This document shows positions 46,918 to 56,178 of a DNA stretch of 64,000 nucleotides, one piece after another. Source of the stretch: an uncultured Oligoflexia bacterium (GTDB taxonomy: Bacteria; Bdellovibrionota; UBA1018; CAZJVD01); contig CAZJVD010000005.1 in NCBI GenBank assembly GCA_964549505.1, positions 64,618-128,617 of the forward strand, written 5' to 3'. The notes under the pieces were generated by a model, which saw nothing but the letters and a program-made list of their open reading frames with translations, did no database searches and was not told the origin of the DNA. Position numbers and translations under genes: made by a program. Within the stretch, counting starts at the first letter, position 1. Each line of letters starts with the position of its first letter.

Positions 46918-47954
46918 ACGTCTCCCGGAGTGTCCTGGGCAGTTTCTTTCTCTCGGCTCTAGCCGGTTGTTTCACGTACTCAGAACCTGCTCGCCACCCG
47001 CAGATCGACGCTTATCTCATCAGAGAGTACGGGACCTCGGACTTACAAAAAACCCATTCACAGTACGCTGTATTTGAGACCGATGGCCCTAATGAGTTTC
47101 TAGAACTGGCGATCACACTCGCCGAGTTTCCTCGGGAACGCTTCCGCGTCGAACGGCCCGAAACGGGTAATGTGAAGATAGCGGTCAAACTTCTCGGCCA
47201 CTCGGATGCTGCGATCGATCAGTTTCGAGAAAGGCATGTCGCGAGCTCGGGACACCTGTTCGACATCACACCCGACATCTACTGCTACAAAGTGAACGAC
47301 GACGCCTCCAAGATCGCTGGCGTCTGCATCTATGAAGTGGTGGTCCTCATCCCAGAGACCTCAAACACGGCCGTCTCGATCAACGGTGAACGCGTGATGC
47401 GTCCCGCTGAAGTGTGGACTCGATCCGACCTCAAAGCTCGTCTCGCAAACCTTCTACCATCCGAAACGACCGAGCAGATCTTCGCGATCTATGTCGAATC
47501 GCAACGCGCAAAGCGCTTTCTCACGATGAACGATGTTCTCGAGACGATCGCTTGGATCGCAGCGGCTCCTTCACGATCGATGGACTCGACACCGTGGCGA
47601 ACCGTTATCGATCGTCTGACGGGTCATGTGACGGATCCTGAGAACAGTTTCCGTGCTGTCGTGCGGAAGTTAACAGACGATCCCGCGATGATCTTCCCCG
47701 TCGTTCCGTTCGTAGAGGCGTTCTCGGAACGTGGTTATCCTGTGCCATGGAGGGATGTGACCGACCTTATCAACACAATCGACCTGACACAGGCGTCGCT
47801 TCCGCTCATTGGAACCGCTCTCGGAACGTATCCGGACGACGGTCCGATCATCTCAGCAAACGATTTGGAAGCTCTTATGGCCGTGGAACGCAGGCGCCCT
47901 CAAGGACAAATGGAAACGATCCAACGCCTACTCGGGCATCGAGTCCTACGGTAG
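46914..47954 (+). CDS. hypothetical lipoprotein
   Basis: Start taken at MNVSRSVLGSFFLSALAGCF (lipobox LAGC). This ATG overlaps the upstream stop (ATGA). The track ORF from 46788 would overlap the previous gene by 130 bp. Confidence 0.5.
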   Translation: MNVSRSVLGSFFLSALAGCFTYSEPARHPQIDAYLIREYGTSDLQKTHSQYAVFETDGPNEFLELAITLAEFPRERFRVERPETGNVKIAVKLLGHSDAAIDQFRERHVASSGHLFDITPDIYCYKVNDDASKIAGVCIYEVVVLIPETSNTAVSINGERVMRPAEVWTRSDLKARLANLLPSETTEQIFAIYVESQRAKRFLTMNDVLETIAWIAAAPSRSMDSTPWRTVIDRLTGHVTDPENSFRAVVRKLTDDPAMIFPVVPFVEAFSERGYPVPWRDVTDLINTIDLTQASLPLIGTALGTYPDDGPIISANDLEALMAVERRRPQGQMETIQRLLGHRVLR

Positions 47955-47963
47955 AACAAATCC

Positions 47964-48761
47964 TCAGCCACCTAGATATGCTTTTTTAATCTCTTCAGAG
48001 TTCAGAAGCTCTTTAGCCTTACCCTTGAGTTTGATCGTGCCTGTTTCAAGAGCGAGCGCTTCGTGGGCGATTTCGAGTGCCATCAACGCATTCTGTTCGA
48101 CGAGTAGGATCGTGGTTCCTGCTTGGTTGACCTTCACAATCGTTTCAAAAATCCGGTCCATCACCTGCGGCGCGAGCCCCAGCGACGGTTCATCCAAGAG
48201 CAGAAGCTTTGGGCGACTCATGAGCGCACGTCCGATTGCCAACATCTGTTGTTCACCGCCTGAAAGCGTCCCTGCGTTCTGATCGATGCGCTCTTTGAGG
48301 CGTGGAAACAGCTCGAACACCTTTTCGACATCCGACGTAATGTCCGCGCGATCGCGCCGGAGATAACTTCCGAGGTCCAGGTTTTCGCGAACGCTCATAT
48401 TTGTGAAAATTCCGCGGCCTTCCGGAGCATGACCGACACCTCGGCGCACAATCTCGTCCGGACGAAGCCCGAGAAGTGTTTGTCCTTCAAAGACAACATT
48501 TCCACGTGATGGCGCGAGCAACCCTGAAATCGCCCGCAAGGTCGTGGTCTTGCCAGCCCCGTTGGCTCCAATCAGCGCGAGGATTTCACCCCGTTTGACA
48601 GAAAACGAAATCCGCTTGAGCGCTCGAACCTGTCCGTACTGAACCTCGATGTCTCTAAGCTCCAGCATGGGCTCGTCGTTACCGCTGCCATTACTAGCAC
48701 CGCTGGAACCGCTAGAACTACCGGGAGAGTCCTTAGAGCTTTCTCGCACACTCGCACTCAT
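47964..48761 (-). CDS. livF: branched-chain amino acid ABC transporter ATP-binding protein (LivF-like)
   Basis: Walker A GANGAGKTT, signature LSGGEQQMLAIGRAL, and Walker B LLLLDEPS. Confidence 0.85.
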   Translation of the reverse strand: MSASVRESSKDSPGSSSGSSGASNGSGNDEPMLELRDIEVQYGQVRALKRISFSVKRGEILALIGANGAGKTTTLRAISGLLAPSRGNVVFEGQTLLGLRPDEIVRRGVGHAPEGRGIFTNMSVRENLDLGSYLRRDRADITSDVEKVFELFPRLKERIDQNAGTLSGGEQQMLAIGRALMSRPKLLLLDEPSLGLAPQVMDRIFETIVKVNQAGTTILLVEQNALMALEIAHEALALETGTIKLKGKAKELLNSEEIKKAYLGG

Positions 48762-48766
48762 GATCG

Positions 48767-49600
48767 TTAGGAGGTTTTCTTTTCTTTAGCGCGACCGAGG
48801 TACGCCTCGAGCACTTTCGGATTGTTTCTTACCTCTTCGACGCCGCCTTCGGCAATCTTTTCTCCGTGATCGAGAACAACAATGTGTTCGCTGATGCCCA
48901 TCACGAGCTTCATGTCGTGTTCAATCAAAAGCACCGTGATTCCGAATTCATCACGAATACGCTTAATGATCGCCATTAAATCGTGCGTTTCTTGATTGTT
49001 GAGACCCGCGGCTGGCTCATCAAGAAGTAAAAGCTCTGCGCCTGTCGCCATCGCTCGAGCCAGTTCGAGAGCACGCTGTTGCCCGTACGGAAGACAGCGG
49101 GCCACCTCGTCCGCTTTACTCTCCATCCCGAAAATAGCGAGCAACTCCATGGCCTCAGAGGTTGTACGACGCTGTCGCGCCTCAAACCCAGAAGAACGCA
49201 GCGCCGAAGCAATCAACCCCGATGGATCATGCAGATCGGCCGCGACACGAAGATTGTCGAGAACACTGAGATCCTTAAAGAGTCGAATGTTCTGAAATGT
49301 CCGTGCGATCCCGCGCGCGGTGATCTCATGAGGACGTAACCCCCGGATAGACGCACCCTTGAACAGGATATCGCCGGCGGTCGGGAGGTACACGCCCGTC
49401 AGCATATTGAAAACGGTCGTCTTACCTGCTCCATTGGGACCGATAAGCGCAGTGATTTTTCTTCGCTCGAGCGCAAACGAAACATCCGCTACCGCTTTGA
49501 GTCCCCCAAACTGAATCGTGAGACCCTTGAGCTCAAGAACATTTTTCGCCGTAATACTCTGATTTATTTTAAGACCCAACCGAACTCTTTCGCTTTCCAT
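48767..49600 (-). CDS. livG: branched-chain amino acid ABC transporter ATP-binding protein (LivG-like)
   Basis: GPNGAGKTT, LPYGQQRALELARAM, LLLLDEPAAGLN. Confidence 0.85.
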   Translation of the reverse strand: MESERVRLGLKINQSITAKNVLELKGLTIQFGGLKAVADVSFALERRKITALIGPNGAGKTTVFNMLTGVYLPTAGDILFKGASIRGLRPHEITARGIARTFQNIRLFKDLSVLDNLRVAADLHDPSGLIASALRSSGFEARQRRTTSEAMELLAIFGMESKADEVARCLPYGQQRALELARAMATGAELLLLDEPAAGLNNQETHDLMAIIKRIRDEFGITVLLIEHDMKLVMGISEHIVVLDHGEKIAEGGVEEVRNNPKVLEAYLGRAKEKKTS

Positions 49601-49692
49601 GATTTCCCCCCGAGGAAATGAAAAGATCCTTTACCCAAATATGTCCATGTAAGCCTACGCGTACCCACGCGCACACTCATTGCCTTACTGTC

Positions 49693-50757
49693 TTAAACGA
49701 TCTTTAACCTTCCTGTTCGCGTCCCATCGGACACTGCTGCCGCTTTTCGAAATTTGCTACGAAGCGCCTTAAACCATCCCAGATCGTAAATCTCACGACT
49801 GCCCAAGAATCCATTCGGACGCGTGAGCATCAGCACAATCAACGACAGACTATAGATGATCATACGGAGGTCCACTTGCGTGAGTTCTTGAAGCGGACGC
49901 AAAGCTTCACGTAAAACTGTGAGAAAAATCGCAGCCATCACACTACCGGTCAACGAACCCATTCCACCCAAGACGACCATGATAATGATTTCGAAACTGC
50001 GATTGAAATCAAACGTCTGTGGGTTCAAATAAGTTAAATAGTGGCCAAACAAGCCTCCGGCAACGCCAGCGAAGAACGCGCCGATCACAAAGGCTCGCAC
50101 TTTTGCTTTCGTCGTGTTCACACCCATGGCTTCTGCGGCTACTTCATCTTCGCGTACCGCAAGAAAGGCTCGACCATGGCGCGAATGCATCAGGCGCCAG
50201 ATCAAGAACACACAGAGCACAGCCGCGCTGAACACCCAACCAAAGCTCGTCCACTTCGGAATCCCGGGCATTCCGCGTGCGCCGCCGACGAACTGAATAT
50301 TAAGAATCAGGACACGGATGATCTCGCCAAATCCCAGCGTGACGATCGCAAGATAGTCACCCTTGAGCCGCAACGACGGCAATCCGACGACATAGCCCGC
50401 GATTGAAGCTGCAAGACCTCCAACACCCAAAACGACTCCGAACAAGAGCGGCTGCGCGATCATCGACGGGAGTCCGAGCAATGTGCCGTCCGGAAATACC
50501 GTCGTCGATAAAACACATGAAACATAGGCTCCGACCGCCATGAAACCGGCGTGCCCCATCGAAAACTGGCCTGTGATGCCGTTCACAAGATTGAGTGAAA
50601 CGGCCAACGTGATATTGATCCCGGCATAGACGAAGATCGAAAACCAGTAGGGATCGATCACGGACTCGAGCATGGGTCCCACTACAAAAGCGAGTCCAAC
50701 ACCTAAAATGAGCGTCCCCAGCTGGTGAGCCGCTTTTTGAAAAAACGTTGGCACCAC
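49693..50757 (-). CDS. livM: branched-chain amino acid ABC transporter permease (LivM-like)
   Basis: 354-aa polytopic permease in the LivHMGF gene order. Confidence 0.8.
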   Translation of the reverse strand: MVPTFFQKAAHQLGTLILGVGLAFVVGPMLESVIDPYWFSIFVYAGINITLAVSLNLVNGITGQFSMGHAGFMAVGAYVSCVLSTTVFPDGTLLGLPSMIAQPLLFGVVLGVGGLAASIAGYVVGLPSLRLKGDYLAIVTLGFGEIIRVLILNIQFVGGARGMPGIPKWTSFGWVFSAAVLCVFLIWRLMHSRHGRAFLAVREDEVAAEAMGVNTTKAKVRAFVIGAFFAGVAGGLFGHYLTYLNPQTFDFNRSFEIIIMVVLGGMGSLTGSVMAAIFLTVLREALRPLQELTQVDLRMIIYSLSLIVLMLTRPNGFLGSREIYDLGWFKALRSKFRKAAAVSDGTRTGRLKIV

Positions 50758-50766
50758 GATGTCCCC

Positions 50767-51681
50767 CTACACTTTCTCGGGTCGAAACTGCCCCAGAATC
50801 CCCGCTGGTCGAAAAAGTAAAATCCCGATCAAGATCGCAAACGCAAGAGCATCTCGATACGTGGATGCCCAATATCCAACCACAAGACTCTCGGCGATCC
50901 CTAAAATCAATGCGCCCATCACGGCACCTGTGACGTTTCCGATGCCACCCACCACGGCCGCAACAAAGGCTTTCAAACCAAACATTACACCCATCAGCGG
51001 ATCGATTTTGGGATAGGTCAGTGCCACGAGGACGCCTGCCGCCCCCGCCAACGCCGAGCCCAACACGAACACAAAGCTGATTGTCCGATCCACGTTGATG
51101 CCCATCAAAGCCGCATTGGCGTGACTATGCGATACCGCGCGCATCGCTCGCCCCGGTCGCGTGTGAAAAATAATCGTTCGTAGAGTCACCATCAACGCCA
51201 AGCTCACGGTCAGCACGATGAGTTGCAGAACATTGATCTGCACTTCCGAACCGCCCAACGCAAACCGAATAGGTTCGTCAGCGGCAAACAGAGGTGGAAA
51301 AAACTTTGGATCGGGACCAAACACGAGTTGCCCGCCGAACTGCAAAAACAAACTCACACCCACTGCGGTGATCAACACATTGATACGCGGCGATTTACGG
51401 AGCGGGCGATAGGCCAAACGTTCAATCGTGAAACCCAGAATGCCCGAAAACGCCATGGCGCCGCACATTCCGATGAGCAACGATCCAATCCCCGGATGAT
51501 CACTGAGGCCCAGATAGCGTGAAAGGTAGAACCCGGCAAACGCACCCATCATGTAGACTTCGCTGTGAGCGAAGTTGATGAGCTGAAGAATACCGAAGAC
51601 CATCGTGTAGCCCAACGCAATCAGAGCATAGATGGCGCCTTGACCGATTCCGTTAATGAGATGCTGTATAAATTCTGCCAT
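50767..51681 (-). CDS. livH: branched-chain amino acid ABC transporter permease (LivH-like)
   Basis: N-terminus MAEFIQHLINGIGQGAIYALIALGYTMVFGIL, typical of LivH. Confidence 0.8.
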   Translation of the reverse strand: MAEFIQHLINGIGQGAIYALIALGYTMVFGILQLINFAHSEVYMMGAFAGFYLSRYLGLSDHPGIGSLLIGMCGAMAFSGILGFTIERLAYRPLRKSPRINVLITAVGVSLFLQFGGQLVFGPDPKFFPPLFAADEPIRFALGGSEVQINVLQLIVLTVSLALMVTLRTIIFHTRPGRAMRAVSHSHANAALMGINVDRTISFVFVLGSALAGAAGVLVALTYPKIDPLMGVMFGLKAFVAAVVGGIGNVTGAVMGALILGIAESLVVGYWASTYRDALAFAILIGILLFRPAGILGQFRPEKV

Positions 51682-52885
51682 GGATCGCTTCCGCTTGCGT
51701 ATTCTGCGTGGTCTTCGTCCCTGGGTTCACTTTTTCCTTAAAGATAAACTTTCCGTCACGTACTTCCAAAACGACCGCAGCTTTCTCAGCATCGCGGTTC
51801 GCATTGATCGTAATCCTGCCCGTGGCCGCAGCAAAGTCTTTTGTCGCCGCAAGTGCATCGCGAATCTCCGACGGTTGCAGGTTTGCCGTACGCTTCATGG
51901 CATCCGCAAGAACGAGCATCGCATCGTAACCCATCGCCGCTAAACCGTCCGGCACAACATTGAACGCCGCCTGGTAATCACGAATGAACTTCTGCGTTTC
52001 CGGCGAGCTGTCATCGACCGCGTAGTGGTTCGAGAAGAACGTATTATTGAGTGCTTTTCCGCCGATCTCAGTCAAGCGGACAGAATCCCATCCGTCGCCA
52101 CCCAGAAGTGGAACCTTGATTCCGAGTTCACGCGCCTGACGTGCGATCAAACCCACTTCGGTATAATATCCAGGAACAAAAATGCCGTCAGGGTTCGCTG
52201 TTTTTAAAGACGTCAGCTGACTCTTAAAATCCACGTCTCCATTGGAGTAACTCTGATCACCCACGATGGCAGCGCCCTGTTTTTTTGCGTACTCAGCAAA
52301 AAAGTCTGACAGCCCAATGGAGTAATCATTTTTTACGTCACGTAAAATCGCCAGCCGCTTAAGCTTCAACGACTGCGTCGCAAATGTTGCCATAACCTGG
52401 CCCTGGAAGGGGTCAATGAAGCAAACGCGAAAAATATAATCGCCGACCTGCGTGACCTTGGGATTCGTCGACGACGGCGTCATCATCGGAATTTTGTTAG
52501 CCTGTGCAATCGGTGCCATCGCGAGCGACCGTGAACTGGCCACCTCACCGAGCAGAGCAATAACCCTGTCTTGCGTTATCAGACGCGTGACTGCGGTTGC
52601 TGCCTCTTCGGGCTTACCTTGGTCATCAAGAACGACCATTCGAATCTTCTTACCGTGAATTCCTCCAGCAGCATTGATCTGCTGTGTAGCGAGCTCAATC
52701 CCATCGCGCGTGCTCGTTCCAAAGGTTGCCTCGGTTCCGGTCAAACTTCCGACCTGCCCAATCACGATTTCGGTTGCTGAAGTTGCGTTGTTCTTCTTGC
52801 TGCATCCATTCAGAACCAATACTGCAGTGCCCAAAGCAGCTAGCAGAATCCATTGGAAACGCTTGTTTCTAAGAACTTTTTTCAT
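51653..52885 (-). CDS. ABC transporter substrate-binding lipoprotein, type I PBP (LivK/LivJ family)
   Basis: Start taken at MKKVLRNKRFQWILLAALGTAVLVLNGCSKK (lipobox). Periplasmic-binding-protein type I fold motifs (GxxSS, YxxG). Confidence 0.8.
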   Translation of the reverse strand: MKKVLRNKRFQWILLAALGTAVLVLNGCSKKNNATSATEIVIGQVGSLTGTEATFGTSTRDGIELATQQINAAGGIHGKKIRMVVLDDQGKPEEAATAVTRLITQDRVIALLGEVASSRSLAMAPIAQANKIPMMTPSSTNPKVTQVGDYIFRVCFIDPFQGQVMATFATQSLKLKRLAILRDVKNDYSIGLSDFFAEYAKKQGAAIVGDQSYSNGDVDFKSQLTSLKTANPDGIFVPGYYTEVGLIARQARELGIKVPLLGGDGWDSVRLTEIGGKALNNTFFSNHYAVDDSSPETQKFIRDYQAAFNVVPDGLAAMGYDAMLVLADAMKRTANLQPSEIRDALAATKDFAAATGRITINANRDAEKAAVVLEVRDGKFIFKEKVNPGTKTTQNTQAEAIHGRIYTASH

Positions 52886-52950
52886 GGAGTGATCCTTTCC
52901 CACGTACCGATCTAAAGTCATAGATCATTTATTAGATTGTTGTCCAGGAT

Positions 52951-53718
52951 GTGTTCGGTGCTATGCTCGACACTCGAACAATGACCGACCTAATCGATTT
53001 CCTCTTCCAGTGGTTACAGATTGCAATCGACTTTGTGCTCCATTTGGACACCCATTTGGCCGCTCTTTCTGCCGCGCTCGGACCTTGGTTTTATGTCGCA
53101 CTTTTTGCGGTGATTTTCGCTGAAACAGGTCTTGTGGTGACACCTTTTTTGCCCGGCGATTCACTCTTGTTTGCTGTTGGAGCACTGACCGTCGTTCCGG
53201 GATCCGGACTGGCGATGGAGATCTTGTTTCCGCTCTTGCTCGTCGCTGTTTTTCTTGGTGATAACGTCAACTATCATTTTGGGAAGTGGCTTGGGCCTCG
53301 TGTTTTTTCTCTGTCGGCATCGCATGAATCTCAAACGGGCGCCCATCCACGCACAACGACAGCCGCTTTTGCATCGCGGGTGTTCAATCGGGACCACCTG
53401 ACGCGAGCGCAAGCGTTCTACGAACGCTACGGCGCGCGCGCTATCGTCATCGCGCGTTTCGCGCCGATCTTGAGGACATTCGCGCCGTTCGTCGCTGGTA
53501 TTGGTCACATGAAATACCGTCGCTTTTTGTCGTACAGTTTCGGTGGAAGCGTGGCGTGGATATCGATTTTTCTCTATGGTGGTCGTTGGTTCGGTAATCT
53601 TCCGGCCGTTCAGAAGAACTTTCACTTCGTGATTTTCGGCGTGATTGGTCTGTCACTCCTGCCTGTCGCTATTGAGTTCTGGAAGGCACGACGCTCGTCG
53701 CGGGCGATGGCGCTTTAG
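52951..53718 (+). CDS. dedA: DedA-family (SNARE-associated / TVP38) membrane protein
   Basis: FAETGLVVTPFLPGDSLLFAVGAL and GRF(A/V)P..R is the DedA signature. GTG start. Confidence 0.85.
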   Translation: MFGAMLDTRTMTDLIDFLFQWLQIAIDFVLHLDTHLAALSAALGPWFYVALFAVIFAETGLVVTPFLPGDSLLFAVGALTVVPGSGLAMEILFPLLLVAVFLGDNVNYHFGKWLGPRVFSLSASHESQTGAHPRTTTAAFASRVFNRDHLTRAQAFYERYGARAIVIARFAPILRTFAPFVAGIGHMKYRRFLSYSFGGSVAWISIFLYGGRWFGNLPAVQKNFHFVIFGVIGLSLLPVAIEFWKARRSSRAMAL

Positions 53719-53768
53719 ACACGCAAAACATTCGGAGATGCGCCCTCCGTCCATTCTCGAGTTCACTG

Positions 53769-53962
53769 CTATTAGAGATCATTGTTATTCAAGGTCGTTG
53801 TTATTAGGTGACCAACCACACGCTCCACCCCATTGGGTCGCGGACATGTGCCATGGCGTTATGTCACTGCGGAGCCGTAGCACTTGTGCCGGCACAAGTG
53901 CTCACTGCTACTTACTTGTCCCGGTTCAAGTGCTCACTGCTACTTACTTGTCCCGGCACAAG
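53769..53962. repeat. REP-like palindromic repeat locus B: CACTTGTGCCGGCACAAGTG (53881-53900), CTTGTCCCGGTTCAAG (53915-53930) and CTTGTCCCGGCACAAG (53947-53962), with a directly repeated ~33-bp unit and upstream atcattgtta / ggtgacc motifs
   Basis: Seen directly. Same family as locus A at 24733-24865. Confidence 0.7.
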
Positions 53963-54128
53963 TAACCAGTTCAAAATCCAGACGGAGCAGTTTGAAATAC
54001 GGCCAAGCTACTCCGCCGGCGGAGGTACGCAGCCACGGATCAAGCCCGCAGAGACGTGACGCGAAGGTATGTTGCGTGGTGGTATCGCATGTTTGTAACG
54101 CATCCTCGCTACCAAAAGTAGCCGGACA

Positions 54129-54995
54129 CTATTTGGCTTCTTGAGCCTTCGGCGTCGCGGCGACGTCGGCGTCAAATGCACTGCGCAGCACGTCCAGAAC
54201 GGGCGCCGAAAGAGTCAGCGGTTTCCGAAGGTCGTTCCCGAACCGTCCACCGAGACCGCCCCACTGCCCTTCGCCAATCTCCACCAACTGGCCCGATGTC
54301 ATACCGGTAAACGTCTTTCCGAATTCGAGCTTTCCTTCGTAAACGACGACTTCAGCTTCCCCGAGCAGCGGTTCAAATTTCGCGATGAACTGTGTTCCAC
54401 GGACGCCCATCACAGCGGCGCGCGTACGGATGCGAACCCATGCTTTTCCGGGACTGTCTTTCTTTACGGACCATAGGCACGCGCCCGACGTCAGTTCGTA
54501 AACGCCTTTTTCTGGGTCAGGTCTCGCTAAGAAGATTTTCGTTTTTTCTGCAAGCTTGACGCTTGTGTCTTTACCCAAGAAAACGAGCGTAACTTTCGAC
54601 TTTGGTCCCGTCTCGATCCAGCCTTCGGACGAAACGATCGAACTCGCCGTAAGAGCCTTGTCTTGAAAACGAACCTGTCCAACGACGCCTTCGATGCGGG
54701 CAAACGGGTCCGCCGCCAGAACGGTCGCCCCCGTGACGAAAGCAGCACCTGAAAGCAGGAGAACTCTTGGGGTCCACAGGCGCCCTACCCACGACGTGCG
54801 CGTCCGCCGCCGTATCAGAGCCGGCTCGCCCAGCTTACCCTGCACACCGTGCTCGCCTGGATCACTACGTCGATCGTACCCACCACATCCACCACGCCCA
54901 CTACATCCACCACGCCCACTACATCCACCACGCCCACCACGCCCACCACGTCCACTACATCCAGCGCATCCACTACATCTATTGACCTGAAACAT
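54129..54995 (-). CDS. FecR-domain protein with an N-terminal Cys/Gly/Arg repeat (CSGRGG)n and a single transmembrane segment
   Basis: The periplasmic part carries VRIRTRAAVMGVRGTQF (the FecR VRGT motif). The N-terminus CSGCAGCSGRGGRGGRGGCSGRGGCSGRGGCGG is encoded by 18-bp tandem repeats. No sigma factor gene is adjacent. Confidence 0.55.
   Translation of the reverse strand: MFQVNRCSGCAGCSGRGGRGGRGGCSGRGGCSGRGGCGGYDRRSDPGEHGVQGKLGEPALIRRRTRTSWVGRLWTPRVLLLSGAAFVTGATVLAADPFARIEGVVGQVRFQDKALTASSIVSSEGWIETGPKSKVTLVFLGKDTSVKLAEKTKIFLARPDPEKGVYELTSGACLWSVKKDSPGKAWVRIRTRAAVMGVRGTQFIAKFEPLLGEAEVVVYEGKLEFGKTFTGMTSGQLVEIGEGQWGGLGGRFGNDLRKPLTLSAPVLDVLRSAFDADVAATPKAQEAK
54871..54975. repeat. tandem ~18-bp repeats (ccactacatccaccacgc-like, about 5 copies) inside the 5' end of the FecR-domain gene
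   Basis: Seen directly. Confidence 0.7.
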
Positions 54996-55100
54996 TCTGC
55001 AATTATAAGCCCTTCCGCCAATGATTCAGTGCGTCTTTTGCGTGCTATACTAGAGTCAACTTCCTGCCAGTTCGACCCGATAAGTAACTAGAAAAGTCAG

Positions 55101-56165
55101 GTGTTTTCCCGGGACTTTTTTGACATCCGGCTTTTGAGAGGAAAATTGGTGGCGAATCTCGGACAAGCGCGCAGCCTACGTGCGCGAACAATTCCGTTTC
55201 TAGCGAACATCGTGAGCGGCGTAGCCATGCTCTCGTGGGGTTGCGTCTCGCCCGAAGATCTTCGCAAGAGCACACTCAACGAAGCGCCGACTCATTTGAT
55301 TCCGCTCGGTTCGGGCGAGAAGGCCGTCTCGATTATCTTCCTTGCGTCGAGCAGTGGAAGTTTTGACGTTCCGACAGCTTCCACCGTCAATACTCCGGGA
55401 TCAGGACTACAGATTCAGCGCATATTCCGTCCTAACGGAACCGAACTCGCATCCTATGCCGACACCGACTGGCCGAGCTGGGTTCCTTCTGTCGAAATCG
55501 GGATCTCCGGCCCAAACAACACCGCGGCTCCTCATCAAGACTGTGCTCGTTTTTCTTTACCGGCCGTGGACGGACTCGCAAAGTGTGACTTCAACGGCGA
55601 CTCCGTCAAAGACGAAGACTGTGGCGGCCCTTCACGCTACCTCCGCGTGAGTGAACTCGACTGTGCCTCCGGATCAACGCTCGTCGGAAACGGCGGCGGA
55701 TCGGACGGCGTCTATATTCGCGTAAGATTTGATCGGAATAACCTCAAGCCAACCGAAAACATCTTGGCGGTTCTCGAATACGCAGCCAGCGGTCTGAACA
55801 GCGCGCTCGCATCACCGCTCGGTTGTTTCGCCGGAGGTGCGTTCACACCGACGGGTACGGACTGTTCGGACCACAGTTACCAGGTCTTTTTGAAACGTTC
55901 GGCTTCGGACGTCGTCGCAAACTACGTGACGGTCGTCCCTCCCGTCACAGGTTTTGTAGACACCGCTAAAAAACGGGGTGGTTCAAAACCGCTCACGCGC
56001 GAGTTTCTGCTTCCGCTCGCATCAGACTCACAGCTTCAGTACCTGCAGATCTCGCGCATCAATGGATTGCCGCTCTCAGCGACAGATTTCACCACACGTT
56101 GCGGATCGAACTCACCCTTCTGTGTGGGAATGGTTTTTTACAGACTTTTGTTGATCAGGATTTAA
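55101..56165 (+). CDS. hypothetical secreted Cys-containing protein
   Basis: An alternative GTG start at 55149 follows GAGAGGAAAA and gives the signal peptide VANLGQARSLRARTIPFLANIVSGVAMLSWGC. No recognised domain. Confidence 0.4.
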   Translation: MFSRDFFDIRLLRGKLVANLGQARSLRARTIPFLANIVSGVAMLSWGCVSPEDLRKSTLNEAPTHLIPLGSGEKAVSIIFLASSSGSFDVPTASTVNTPGSGLQIQRIFRPNGTELASYADTDWPSWVPSVEIGISGPNNTAAPHQDCARFSLPAVDGLAKCDFNGDSVKDEDCGGPSRYLRVSELDCASGSTLVGNGGGSDGVYIRVRFDRNNLKPTENILAVLEYAASGLNSALASPLGCFAGGAFTPTGTDCSDHSYQVFLKRSASDVVANYVTVVPPVTGFVDTAKKRGGSKPLTREFLLPLASDSQLQYLQISRINGLPLSATDFTTRCGSNSPFCVGMVFYRLLLIRI

Positions 56166-56178
56166 TCAGGCTTTTACG

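Noticed and set aside
53645-54144. Three overlapping small ORFs (53645-53965, 53808-54059, 53884-54144)
   Set aside because: They lie within the palindromic repeat cluster and read the same repeats in different frames. They are most likely non-coding.
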